Virus record (IMG/VR): IMGVR_UViG_3300037308_000581
Coordinates: 1 to 25,545 of that record
Length of the DNA: 25,545 bases
DNA from: a virus
Lineage: Duplodnaviria > Caudoviricetes
Strand: one strand, 5' to 3'
Made by a program: the position numbers and the translations under genes. A model generated the notes under the pieces. It was not told the DNA's origin. It saw only the letters and a program-made list of their open reading frames with translations, and made no database searches. Positions 9,004-17,166 of this stretch are shown one piece after another. Each line of letters begins with the position of its first letter. Position 1 is the first letter of the stretch.

Positions 9004-11546
9004 GATACCAGTACACCCCCCAACCTCGTCAGAGGTTAATGCACAACACCAAGGCTAAACAAATCCTATACGGTGGGGCAGCGGGCGGAGGGAAAGTCAT
9101 CGCCTATTCAGATAATGTCCTTACCCCTTTTGGGTTTAAGGCCAACAAAGATTTACAGATAGGAGACATTATAAACAAGCCGGAGGGTGGCACCTGTCGT
9201 ATAATCCAACTCCACCCATGGCAAACATTACCAACTACAAGAGTGACCTTTTCCGACCATACATCCCTAGACGTTCATATGGACCATCTATGGTACGCTT
9301 GGCGGGCAAGTAAGTCTCGCAAACTTCAAGGAAGCCGGGTTTTTGGAGAAGCTTCAGCAGAAATAGTTGAAACTCGGGAAATCAAAAGCTGGTTGGACAA
9401 AAGGCATAACGTACTTATCCCCCTATGTAAACCCCAAGAATTTACTACCCCCTCTAAATATGGGGTTTTAATCGACCCATATATTTTAGGCGTCTTATTG
9501 GGGGATGGTATCCTCTCTGCACAAGGCATAGTCCTCTCTACCGGAGAGAGGGATAAACCCTTCATGCGAGAGCAACTAAATGGATATGAAATATCTGAGT
9601 GGAAAGGAGCTTTTCGATTTTGTTTGGATAGTGGCAAAAAACTAATTAAGGATCTTACCACGTATAAATTATTAGGGGCCAAATCTGATACAAAATTTAT
9701 CCCAAACGCCTATAAACTGGGCAATCTAGACACAAGGAAACAACTCCTTGCTGGTCTTATGGACACTGACGGAACGGTAAATAAAAGAGGGCACCTGTCC
9801 TATACCACAGTAAGTAAACAACTAGCAGAAGATGTTGCCTTCGTCGTCCGCTCACTTGGTGGCATGGCTACCATCACAACTAGAACACCATTCTACAGAA
9901 AAAACGATGAAAAAATATATGGTAAGCTCGCATATACCCTATACATTAAATTACCGTTCAACCCTTGCAGAATGCCGAGGAAATCCGAAAGATTTTCCAT
10001 ACAGCAACATTACTATCGACGAATTATACACGTTGAGGAAACCGGGGAATCTTTTGTTGGAAGATGCATTACAGTATCTAACCCCTCAGGATTATACATA
10101 ACAAATGATTTTATCGTTACACACAATAGTAAATCAATCCGACAAGACGCTATCCGCTTTGCCATGGAGAACCCAGGATTTCAAGGATATCTATTCCGCA
10201 AGTCCCGCATGGAGCTACAGAACACCCATATCCGAGCCATCCAGCTAGAGCTACCACCACATTTAGGGATTGGTGAATACTCAGAAAAGCGCAATGCCTT
10301 CGAGTTCAAGAATACATCTATCATCAACTTCTGTTATGCGGAAGACTTGAAGGACGTTCGCCGTTACCTCTCTGAGGAAATGCACTGGTTAGGGATTGAT
10401 GAAGCAAGCACGTTCCTGCCCGACGCCCTGGGTTTCCTGATCTCCCGCGTCCGACTAGGGGGATGGACGCCAAAGGTAGATAAAGACAGGTTGCCTAGAA
10501 TTATCTACGCAACTAACCCTGGGGGTCCGTCACATAACTATCTAAAGGCTAAGTTCATCACTCGGTTTCATGATGACGGTATCACTCCTGTTCAGCCGGA
10601 GGAAATCTTTTATGACGACGAATTGAAAGATCCGTTCGATCCTAACGACAAGGGAATGACCTCGATATACATTCCCGCAAAAACGTCGGATAATAAATAC
10701 CTCGACAAGAACTATGCTGCCATGTTCTCCATGCTACCCCCGGAGCTAGCAAAAGCCTATCGACAAGGTGATTGGGATATCGTCTTAGGTCGGGCGATCC
10801 ATAACCTGGACCGCAACCGCCATATGATCCCCCCATTCGTGCCACCATCACACTGGACCATCTTCTCTAGCCTAGACTGGGGTATGGCTAGCCCCTTCTC
10901 CTGGGGGCTGTACTGTGTCTCTGAAGGGCTAGTACATCCTAACGGCACTTATCTACCGCCAGGAGCACTTATTCGCTTCAAGGAATGGTACGGGTGGACA
11001 GGTAAGCCAAACCAAGGATTAGGTATGGCGCCCCAAGATGTGGCTAGGGGATGTAAGGAAAGGGAGGAGAAATTTAACCTTACTTATCGAATTGCCGACA
11101 ATGAAATCTTCGCGAAAAAGGGCGGACCTTCTATTGCGGAATGGATACAAGAAGCTGTACCAGGGATGACATTCAACCCCAGTGTAAAAGACAGGAAACA
11201 GAACTACAACGAAGTCATTGCCCGCCTAGCGGGGAACCCATACTACTTTGCGTCGGGTGAAAAGCAAGGACTGGTAGAACAACACCCACAGCTATTCGTT
11301 ACTGCCGATTGCATTCATTTTTGGCGTACTGTCCCCACCCTAGAGCTAGACGAAACCGACCCGGAAAAAGGACCGGCAACAAAGAATGTTGAGGACCATA
11401 TCTATGATGAAGTAGCGTATGCCTGTCGTTCACGCCCATTTATCACATCCCTGCAACACCTAGAGGAATTAGAACTGAAGAAATGGAGAAGGGAGGCAGA
11501 GATTAAACCATCTGCCATACCCTTCTCCACAGTTCGATTAGGATAG
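8994..11546 (+). CDS. terL: terminase large subunit (intein-containing)
   Basis: Walker A GGAAGGGK|S split by an intein; Walker B LGIDEA; ATNPGG coupling motif; DNKYL; nuclease SLDWG and [17 protein letters not shown] before ATG 8994. Confidence 0.93.
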   Translation: MVLGYQYTPQPRQRLMHNTKAKQILYGGAAGGGKVIAYSDNVLTPFGFKANKDLQIGDIINKPEGGTCRIIQLHPWQTLPTTRVTFSDHTSLDVHMDHLWYAWRASKSRKLQGSRVFGEASAEIVETREIKSWLDKRHNVLIPLCKPQEFTTPSKYGVLIDPYILGVLLGDGILSAQGIVLSTGERDKPFMREQLNGYEISEWKGAFRFCLDSGKKLIKDLTTYKLLGAKSDTKFIPNAYKLGNLDTRKQLLAGLMDTDGTVNKRGHLSYTTVSKQLAEDVAFVVRSLGGMATITTRTPFYRKNDEKIYGKLAYTLYIKLPFNPCRMPRKSERFSIQQHYYRRIIHVEETGESFVGRCITVSNPSGLYITNDFIVTHNSKSIRQDAIRFAMENPGFQGYLFRKSRMELQNTHIRAIQLELPPHLGIGEYSEKRNAFEFKNTSIINFCYAEDLKDVRRYLSEEMHWLGIDEASTFLPDALGFLISRVRLGGWTPKVDKDRLPRIIYATNPGGPSHNYLKAKFITRFHDDGITPVQPEEIFYDDELKDPFDPNDKGMTSIYIPAKTSDNKYLDKNYAAMFSMLPPELAKAYRQGDWDIVLGRAIHNLDRNRHMIPPFVPPSHWTIFSSLDWGMASPFSWGLYCVSEGLVHPNGTYLPPGALIRFKEWYGWTGKPNQGLGMAPQDVARGCKEREEKFNLTYRIADNEIFAKKGGPSIAEWIQEAVPGMTFNPSVKDRKQNYNEVIARLAGNPYYFASGEKQGLVEQHPQLFVTADCIHFWRTVPTLELDETDPEKGPATKNVEDHIYDEVAYACRSRPFITSLQHLEELELKKWRREAEIKPSAIPFSTVRLG
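9096..10127 (+). mobile_element. class 3 intein with LAGLIDADG homing endonuclease (344 aa)
   Basis: Inserted between GGGK and S of the P-loop. Starts [11 protein letters not shown], block B HLW, LAGLIDADG motifs [10 protein letters not shown] and [10 protein letters not shown], block F GRCITV, ends IVTHN/S. Confidence 0.92.
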
Positions 11547-11942
11547 TTCTTTCATGGCCCCTTCAACAAACTGTTCGGAAAGCTCCCAGGCTTTCTCGCG
11601 GGCATCGTCCACTGCCCTATCCTCGATGTAGAATTTAAGCTCCCGGAGAAAAACCCTATTATAAGATTTCGCTATAGACCGAACAACTTCGGGGGTGATT
11701 TCACGCCTTAGCTGATCCATCATTTTTTCTACGATAGGTGCGAGGAGAACTCTAAGCTCTCTAATCGCATCTATAGACAAATCGCCACGAATTCTCCACT
11801 TACCGTTTTGGATTTCTACATTCAGCACTTCCTCAAGAAGTGCTGTTTTATATCGTTCGATTGCATAATTAGCAATCTCTTCCATGTCAGAGACGGAAAA
11901 ATCGTTGATCTTTGCAATAAGCAGGTCACGCAACTTCTTCAT
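11538..11942 (-). CDS. hypothetical helical protein
   Basis: AGGAG SD before ATG 11942; converges on the terL stop. Confidence 0.65.
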   Translation of the reverse strand: MKKLRDLLIAKINDFSVSDMEEIANYAIERYKTALLEEVLNVEIQNGKWRIRGDLSIDAIRELRVLLAPIVEKMMDQLRREITPEVVRSIAKSYNRVFLRELKFYIEDRAVDDAREKAWELSEQFVEGAMKELS

Positions 11943-11943
11943 A

Positions 11944-12210
11944 TCACACGCTCCTAATATCATCAGCAGAAACAATCGCTTGAATTAAATACGTCAAATC
12001 AACCGCGCACTTACGCTGAAGGTGGGTAGTAGTCGGACCCATCCCCGTTAGGGCATAGGTGCCAGCAAGCAATTCAAGCTTTGCAAAAATCCCGCTAGCA
12101 TACCCAATATAGCATTCTTCCCCCATCACATAATGATAGGGATTAGGGGCAGCGAAATCTTCGCATTCAATCGCCCTCAAAAAAGCAGTGTTTTCATTTT
12201 CCTCAAGCAT
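11944..12210 (-). CDS. hypothetical protein
   Basis: 88 aa, GGAG SD, tight packing. Confidence 0.6.
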   Translation of the reverse strand: MLEENENTAFLRAIECEDFAAPNPYHYVMGEECYIGYASGIFAKLELLAGTYALTGMGPTTTHLQRKCAVDLTYLIQAIVSADDIRSV

Positions 12211-12214
12211 TGTT

Positions 12215-12421
12215 TTACTCCGCCCAGGCCCCCAAAAGATATCTTAACGCCCGAACTACTCTCCGATATCCCTGAGTACGATATAGTTCAGTTCCTTCCT
12301 TTTCCAAAAGATGAACCTCAGGAAACATATCATCAAGTTCTTTAACCAGAAGCCCAGCAAGAGGAGAGCGAGCAAAATCCCGTTTTAACACCTTTAACTC
12401 GCCGGGGGAATAATCACTCAC
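12215..12421 (-). CDS. hypothetical protein
   Basis: 68 aa, GTG start overlapping the upstream gene end, GAGGT SD. Confidence 0.6.
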   Translation of the reverse strand: MSDYSPGELKVLKRDFARSPLAGLLVKELDDMFPEVHLLEKEGTELYRTQGYRRVVRALRYLLGAWAE

Positions 12422-12716
12422 TTACTACCTCCACTTCCGACGAAGCATAATCCGCCGCTTTACTCTTAAACATTTCCATTATTTCCATACGGAGAAACGG
12501 ATCATCAATATATTCGTTCATAACAACCAAGAGGTTCTTGAAGAGAGTATAGAGGATGGCCGCCTTCACCTCGTCCTCTTTTACCTCCCCAATAATCCCA
12601 AGAACTCTCTTTCTTTCATCACGGGTTTGAATTTCATATTCAGGGGATAAGTTTGATAACAGGTCCCTGACAACTGCAACTATCTCAATTCCACCGACGG
12701 GGTGTTCTACGATCAT
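12414..12716 (-). CDS. hypothetical protein
   Basis: ATG 12716 with GGGAG SD and ATGA overlap. Confidence 0.6.
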   Translation of the reverse strand: MIVEHPVGGIEIVAVVRDLLSNLSPEYEIQTRDERKRVLGIIGEVKEDEVKAAILYTLFKNLLVVMNEYIDDPFLRMEIMEMFKSKAADYASSEVEVVSE

Positions 12717-13021
12717 AACTCCCACCACTCCTCTTCCTTTTGACGCTTACGTTTGAAGTGAGCTTTTGCTAATTCCATGACTTCTCGATTCTCAGAAGCG
12801 TCATACCGCGAGACGGAGTTTTCGTGCAACCTCCGCTCTCGCTCTTGACCTATAGAATATAGGGCGTATACACTGTGCTCGCCAGGGTCTAGCACTGTCT
12901 TACACTGCCCGACATAGGTGTAGCGCTTTGGTGCCACGCCACAGATAACGGGGACGCCATTCTCGCAGATATAGACGATCCGCCGCCGCATCAGCTTGAG
13001 ACACTCTTTCATCGCACGCAT
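12713..13021 (-). CDS. hypothetical basic protein, first gene of leftward unit
   Basis: ATG 13021 lies 6 nt after a TATACT -10 box. Confidence 0.6.
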   Translation of the reverse strand: MRAMKECLKLMRRRIVYICENGVPVICGVAPKRYTYVGQCKTVLDPGEHSVYALYSIGQERERRLHENSVSRYDASENREVMELAKAHFKRKRQKEEEWWEL

Positions 13022-13027
13022 ATTTAT

Positions 13028-13055
13028 AGTATAGTGCAATCGTGGAAAATTGCAA
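13028..13055 (-). promoter_or_regulatory. leftward sigma70-type promoter (leaderless)
   Basis: TTGCAA (13055-13050), N16, TATACT (13033-13028), 6 nt, ATG 13021. Confidence 0.65.
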
Positions 13056-13201
13056 GACCCATTTTAAAAAAAATTCGTACTTCTAGTGGTGGTTGTGCAT
13101 TTTCGATCGGTTGTATTTTAGGGGGGTGAAAAATTTTTGTAATTTTCTTTCGCGACCTTAAAAAAAAGTTTGAACGTTTTCAAGGCTTAGCAAACTAGCC
13201 G

Positions 13202-13231
13202 TTGACAACCGTTTTTTGTTATGCATACTAT
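13202..13231 (+). promoter_or_regulatory. rightward sigma70-type promoter upstream of structured element
   Basis: Perfect TTGACA (13202-13207), then TACTAT at N18 (or CATACT at N16); A-tract upstream. Confidence 0.6.
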
Positions 13232-13237
13232 ATAACA

Positions 13238-13448
13238 TATGACACTCACCTATCGGTTCGCTCATGATTTTTGTTCGCTACGCTTCATATCAGACAGAAA
13301 AGGATATCCCTATCGGTACTAGGCCTAGCGTAGCGGGCCGTGTACCACGGCACCTGACAGTGAGTTCCCACTGAGTCCTTCGCTACGATATCCGATAACC
13401 CTTTTCCTGTCTAGAATCTTTAGTAATATACGCGTTAGCGTACTTTTT
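13238..13448 (+). ncRNA. candidate structured ncRNA (or structured ssDNA origin element)
   Basis: Nested complementary segments: 13292-13303/13400-13412, 13311-13316/13392-13397, 13329-13335/13381-13387, plus hairpins 13337-13351 and 13358-13373; flanked by a promoter and a terminator-like hairpin. Confidence 0.5.
13429..13448 (+). terminator. weak intrinsic terminator-like hairpin
   Basis: TACGC-GTTA-GCGTA followed by CTTTTT; stem is only 5 bp. Confidence 0.35.
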
Positions 13449-13495
13449 GGTGATAATTGTATCCATATTATGAGAATCTAATATTATCGAAAAGC

Positions 13496-13523
13496 TTGAC
13501 ACTCAACAAAAAAATGTTATCAT
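13496..13523 (+). promoter_or_regulatory. rightward promoter of replication operon (extended -10, leaderless)
   Basis: TTGACA (13496-13501), N16 ending TGT, TATCAT (13518-13523), 6 nt, ATG 13530. Confidence 0.7.
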
Positions 13524-13529
13524 TGGGAT

Positions 13530-13877
13530 ATGGCTATCATCAGAGGTGGTGCCCGGTTGCGGCACCCGAAAAAGCTAGCAACCCAAGCGTTCTACTTTCC
13601 GGAGGATTTATACAAGGCATTGTCCTCCGCTTCCTCAATCTCCCTGTCGGAGAAGCTTCGCACGATCGTAGGATATGAGCCTATGACCTTGGAGGAGTTT
13701 GTTAAGTATGACGCTCCGACTCCGAAAAATAGGGCGCGACTCAACGTGACCCTTGAAGCCGCGCAATTGGGCATGCTATCTTATATGGCGCACGAGTTTA
13801 CGAAAGCTTTGGACGCCTATGTTTCTGCAACAAGGGTAGTGTGCGCTTATGTGCGTAGATTCACAGAGGATAGTTAG
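13530..13877 (+). CDS. putative tandem ribbon-helix-helix DNA-binding regulator
   Basis: Two RHH-like units: TQAFYFPEDLYKAL...SLSEKLRTIV and RLNVTLEAAQLGML...SATRVVCAYV; first gene after the promoter. Confidence 0.5.
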   Translation: MAIIRGGARLRHPKKLATQAFYFPEDLYKALSSASSISLSEKLRTIVGYEPMTLEEFVKYDAPTPKNRARLNVTLEAAQLGMLSYMAHEFTKALDAYVSATRVVCAYVRRFTEDS

Positions 13878-15078
13878 CTCTCTTCTTGCTACTATTCTTA
13901 ATGGTGGGCTAAGAGTAAGTATTCCAAACTACCAATTCGTCACTAATGATATCCTTAGAGAGATATCTAGAGTAGTGGCGGAACTAGTCGAATCTGGTAT
14001 TGCGCCTTACGCTCAGGTAGTAAAGATGCACCTAGGGCTAGAGTACGCGGTACCGATCGAGGAAATCATCCGTTCTCCCCTGTCGGAGGATGATTTCATC
14101 ACTCAATTGGAGCTGTGGAATACTTACTCTTCTGCTTTTAAGCTAGGGCAAGAGATTGTTGACATAGCCCTGGACCATACAGGGTATGCGGAAACTATTG
14201 ACCATATGCCGTATCCCTTGCCAGCAGAGGAATTGCTATCTAGGATTGATAAAGCTATTCTTCTTTCTCAAGCGGATAACACCTATTCACCCATAAAATG
14301 TGATGAAGATATCATTGCCAAATTCATGGAGAAGCATAATGTGGGTATAATTCGTACAGGTTTTCGTTTCCTTGATGAGAGTAAGGCTTTTCGCCCGGGG
14401 TCCCTTCTTGTTGTGGGGGCAAGGACGAGTGTGGGCAAGACTGCCTTTGGTATTAATCTTGCAACACAGTGTTGCAAATTGTACCCTACCCTTTTTATCA
14501 GCATGGAAATGCCCTTGTGGGATGTATACCTTAAGGCTATCGCAGTAACCAATCGGATTCCTTTTCTTGCCCTTACCACTATGGAAGAGGGGGAGTTAAA
14601 GAAGGAAAACGATACCGCGAATGCTATTTGGAATAATGGGCTATACGTATCAGATAAGACACCCCTGACAGAAAAGGCCCTTAAGACCCTGATTGAGAGG
14701 GCGATTAAACTATACGGTGTGAAAGTGATCGTTGTTGATTATCTGCAACTGATCGCAAGTACCGGAAAACAAACGCATTATGACACTGTGTCCAGTGTGT
14801 CAAAGATGCTCAAACGCTTGACTCTTGCTCATAAGTGTGGTATAGTGGCTCTCGCTCAATTGAATAGAGAAGCTGCTAGAGATGGGGAACCGTGTTTACA
14901 TCACCTGCGTACTTCGGGGGAGGTTGAACAAGATGCAGATTCGATCCTCCTCCTCAACCGTGAGTTGGGTGATCGGCGCCTTAATTTTTCCCTTGCAAAA
15001 AACCGAAACGGTCCTACATTAGGGTGGACACCTTTGGATTTTGACCTAGACACTGGCAAAATCTTGGAGATTGATTAA
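13849..15078 (+). CDS. dnaB: DnaB-like replicative helicase
   Basis: GARTSVGKT (Walker A), ISMEM, VVDYLQ (Walker B), LAQLNR, LRTSGEVEQDAD, KNRNG. Confidence 0.95.
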   Translation: MCVDSQRIVSSLLATILNGGLRVSIPNYQFVTNDILREISRVVAELVESGIAPYAQVVKMHLGLEYAVPIEEIIRSPLSEDDFITQLELWNTYSSAFKLGQEIVDIALDHTGYAETIDHMPYPLPAEELLSRIDKAILLSQADNTYSPIKCDEDIIAKFMEKHNVGIIRTGFRFLDESKAFRPGSLLVVGARTSVGKTAFGINLATQCCKLYPTLFISMEMPLWDVYLKAIAVTNRIPFLALTTMEEGELKKENDTANAIWNNGLYVSDKTPLTEKALKTLIERAIKLYGVKVIVVDYLQLIASTGKQTHYDTVSSVSKMLKRLTLAHKCGIVALAQLNREAARDGEPCLHHLRTSGEVEQDADSILLLNRELGDRRLNFSLAKNRNGPTLGWTPLDFDLDTGKILEID

Positions 15079-15854
15079 TGACGTTGCTGAAAAAGGATTG
15101 GGAATTTATCCTGCAAGCGCTGGCAGAGCCCTTTCCGGTTGATGAAATTCAATTCAGGATTGGTAATGTGGTTAGGAATAAAGTACAACCCTTGACGTAC
15201 ATTGATGCCCGTCAAGTTATGGATAGACTTGATAAGGTAGTGGGTTGTGAAAATTGGCAAACACATTTCTTTGTCCATGAGATTAGTGGCAAATCTACCG
15301 TATTTTGTGCTCTTACAATTCATGATGTGACCAAGATTGATGCTGCTGGGGCTACTGATTACGAGGCGGAAAAAGGCGCGGTTAGCGATGCCCTGAAACG
15401 TGCTGCGGTACAATGGGGTATTAACCGTGTAGCATACGGATGGAAACTCCCGTTTGTGGAATACGAGCAACGTGGTAAGACAAAGTTCTTGTCTGATCGT
15501 ACGGTTGAATATCTTAGGAACTACATTCGAAAAACATATTTCGGTGAGGAGGTAGAAGCGGAGGAAGAAAAAGCTTATACAACGACAGAATTAAAGCAAT
15601 TTGTTAGGAATTTACCTAATGTTTCCTTCGACACCGAGCAGGGAATCGATGATTTCCTTGCTGACCGGGAAACTCGTCATATTTTGAGCAATCTCGACGA
15701 TGCTTGGTTCTTCTCGGTTGCTAGGTATTTGGTTAAGGAGCTGGGTAAGTTTTATCCAAATAACTCAAAATCATACTCTTTTGAAATGATCAAGGAAAAG
15801 CTTGAAATGCACGGTTTCGGGCTTCCTGATTATGAAGCAGTAATGGAGATTTAA
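15078..15854 (+). CDS. Rad52/Rad22-family ssDNA annealing protein (Sak-like)
   Basis: L..PFP.DEIQFR, YIDARQVMDRLD.VVG..NW, KGAVSDALKRAAVQWGI.R. Confidence 0.9.
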   Translation: MTLLKKDWEFILQALAEPFPVDEIQFRIGNVVRNKVQPLTYIDARQVMDRLDKVVGCENWQTHFFVHEISGKSTVFCALTIHDVTKIDAAGATDYEAEKGAVSDALKRAAVQWGINRVAYGWKLPFVEYEQRGKTKFLSDRTVEYLRNYIRKTYFGEEVEAEEEKAYTTTELKQFVRNLPNVSFDTEQGIDDFLADRETRHILSNLDDAWFFSVARYLVKELGKFYPNNSKSYSFEMIKEKLEMHGFGLPDYEAVMEI

Positions 15855-16448
15855 ATGAAAGCTAGGGGTAAGCCTTGCGCACAAATTAGCGCGATGGACG
15901 ACAGTGGGTGGTTTACGATTGCCACCGTTATGACATATAAGAAAGACGATGGTCATCCAAGTATTTTCTTGTGCTTTGACGAGGATGTAGAAAGCGGATT
16001 GAAATATATCGCGGATGTGGCGAATGAAAAGAACTTGCCGTGGGCCTCTGCTCCAATTTTTCTGACTGACTCAAATCAAACGCCATTCGGGGTTTTTGGC
16101 CCTGGTGTTTTGGGGCGTAACGAGGATATTCGTTATCTTGGATGGTTCTCGGTTAAGCTTGACGATGAATATGTTAACCTTGGGAACGTATACTATAACA
16201 AGAAAAAGGGTACCTGTTGGCTTGGAGTTCCGCTTGATACATTGGATAAATTCTGCTCGTTTGCGAAAAAGCTGGGTGCAAAAAATGATTTTCCGGTTAA
16301 GGTTTTCTATAACCAAAAGGTAGACAGGAATGGAACGGAAAATGGTAAGAGGGTCGTATCGCGAAGCACTCCAAAACAAGTTACGAGAGGCAAGGGAAAA
16401 CAAACAACCCGTACTACCCCAGTCTACGACGACGAAGTTCCTTTCTGA
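15855..16448 (+). CDS. putative single-stranded DNA-binding protein
   Basis: Follows the annealase; beta/aromatic-rich core, disordered tail ending DDEVPF like the SSB C-terminal DDDIPF motif. Confidence 0.6.
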   Translation: MKARGKPCAQISAMDDSGWFTIATVMTYKKDDGHPSIFLCFDEDVESGLKYIADVANEKNLPWASAPIFLTDSNQTPFGVFGPGVLGRNEDIRYLGWFSVKLDDEYVNLGNVYYNKKKGTCWLGVPLDTLDKFCSFAKKLGAKNDFPVKVFYNQKVDRNGTENGKRVVSRSTPKQVTRGKGKQTTRTTPVYDDEVPF

Positions 16449-16461
16449 AATTCGCCAGTTA

Positions 16462-16782
16462 ATGGCGGGCGATCCTTTGCCTTTTGTAGAGAGTTTTGCT
16501 GAACAGCAAGAACTTTACGCAAAGGCAAAGGGGGAAGCTGAAGAGTTGTATGAGCTACGTAAACTTGTCCATGCCGCCGCTCAAAATGCGGGCACCGGAT
16601 CGGAAGCTCAAAGGACTCGTGAAGCAAGTGAGAATGAGAGATATAAGGAGTTGACTAACCAGTATGTTGCAGCAAATAAAACTGCCCTACTGGCTCTTGC
16701 GTCTTGTAAGTCTTTGGAGTGTGCTTTTGAAGCTTGGCGGACAAAATCTGCTAATGCACGCAGGGAAGGAGAGAAGATTTAA
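16462..16782 (+). CDS. UvsY-like recombination mediator (helical)
   Basis: All-helical; S.AQR.REA...E.Y and C-terminal WRTKSANARR pattern; recombination context. Start uncertain (frame open from 16330). Confidence 0.5.
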   Translation: MAGDPLPFVESFAEQQELYAKAKGEAEELYELRKLVHAAAQNAGTGSEAQRTREASENERYKELTNQYVAANKTALLALASCKSLECAFEAWRTKSANARREGEKI

Positions 16783-17060
16783 TGTGCGAGTCTGGCATAT
16801 GTAATGGTAATTGTTGTGACGAAGTAGGCGATCTTAATAGTCAGAGAGATTGTTGCTGCCATAATCATCTAGCCTGTGATGGAGGATGTATGAGCGATTT
16901 GGATGTAACGGATGCTGACTTGTTTTTTGGCATGCTTCGGGAAGTTTTTCCAGGGGACATAAGACTTAGGGCTTTCGATATTGAAGATCAAATAGGGGGG
17001 TTGCCGGAAGAGCTTACTCGTATGACGGGGGTTGTCCCCACTGATAGATGGGGTTTTTAA
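16782..17060 (+). CDS. hypothetical protein with Cys-rich N-terminus
   Basis: TAATG overlap and AAGGAG SD; 9 Cys in first 36 aa; second in-frame ATG 16890 with GGAGG SD. Confidence 0.55.
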   Translation: MCESGICNGNCCDEVGDLNSQRDCCCHNHLACDGGCMSDLDVTDADLFFGMLREVFPGDIRLRAFDIEDQIGGLPEELTRMTGVVPTDRWGF

Positions 17061-17061
17061 G

Positions 17062-17166
17062 ATGCAGCAAGAGAATAATGATATTGTTGAACTAGTAGTA
17101 ATGTTTTTACTCGGGGTGTTCTTGGGTGTCTGTATTTATGGTGCTGTGTTGCCCGTATGTCTCTGA
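17062..17166 (+). CDS. 34-aa membrane micropeptide
   Basis: MQQENNDIVELVVMFLLGVFLGVCIYGAVLPVCL; fills the gap between neighbours. Confidence 0.55.
   Translation: MQQENNDIVELVVMFLLGVFLGVCIYGAVLPVCL

Noticed and set aside
13329-13387. Three-way junction as hammerhead ribozyme or phi29-type pRNA
   Set aside because: No CUGANGA/GAAA core on either strand; the two loops (TAC, AGTTCC) are not complementary as pRNA hand-in-hand loops would need.
16783-16893. Possible TAG stop-codon reassignment: an alternative frame reads as a hydrophobic peptide broken by two TAGs and ending in an ATGA overlap
   Set aside because: All long genes are intact in the standard bacterial code and several (endolysin, terL, gmd) end at TAG at sensible positions; no suppressor tRNA seen.
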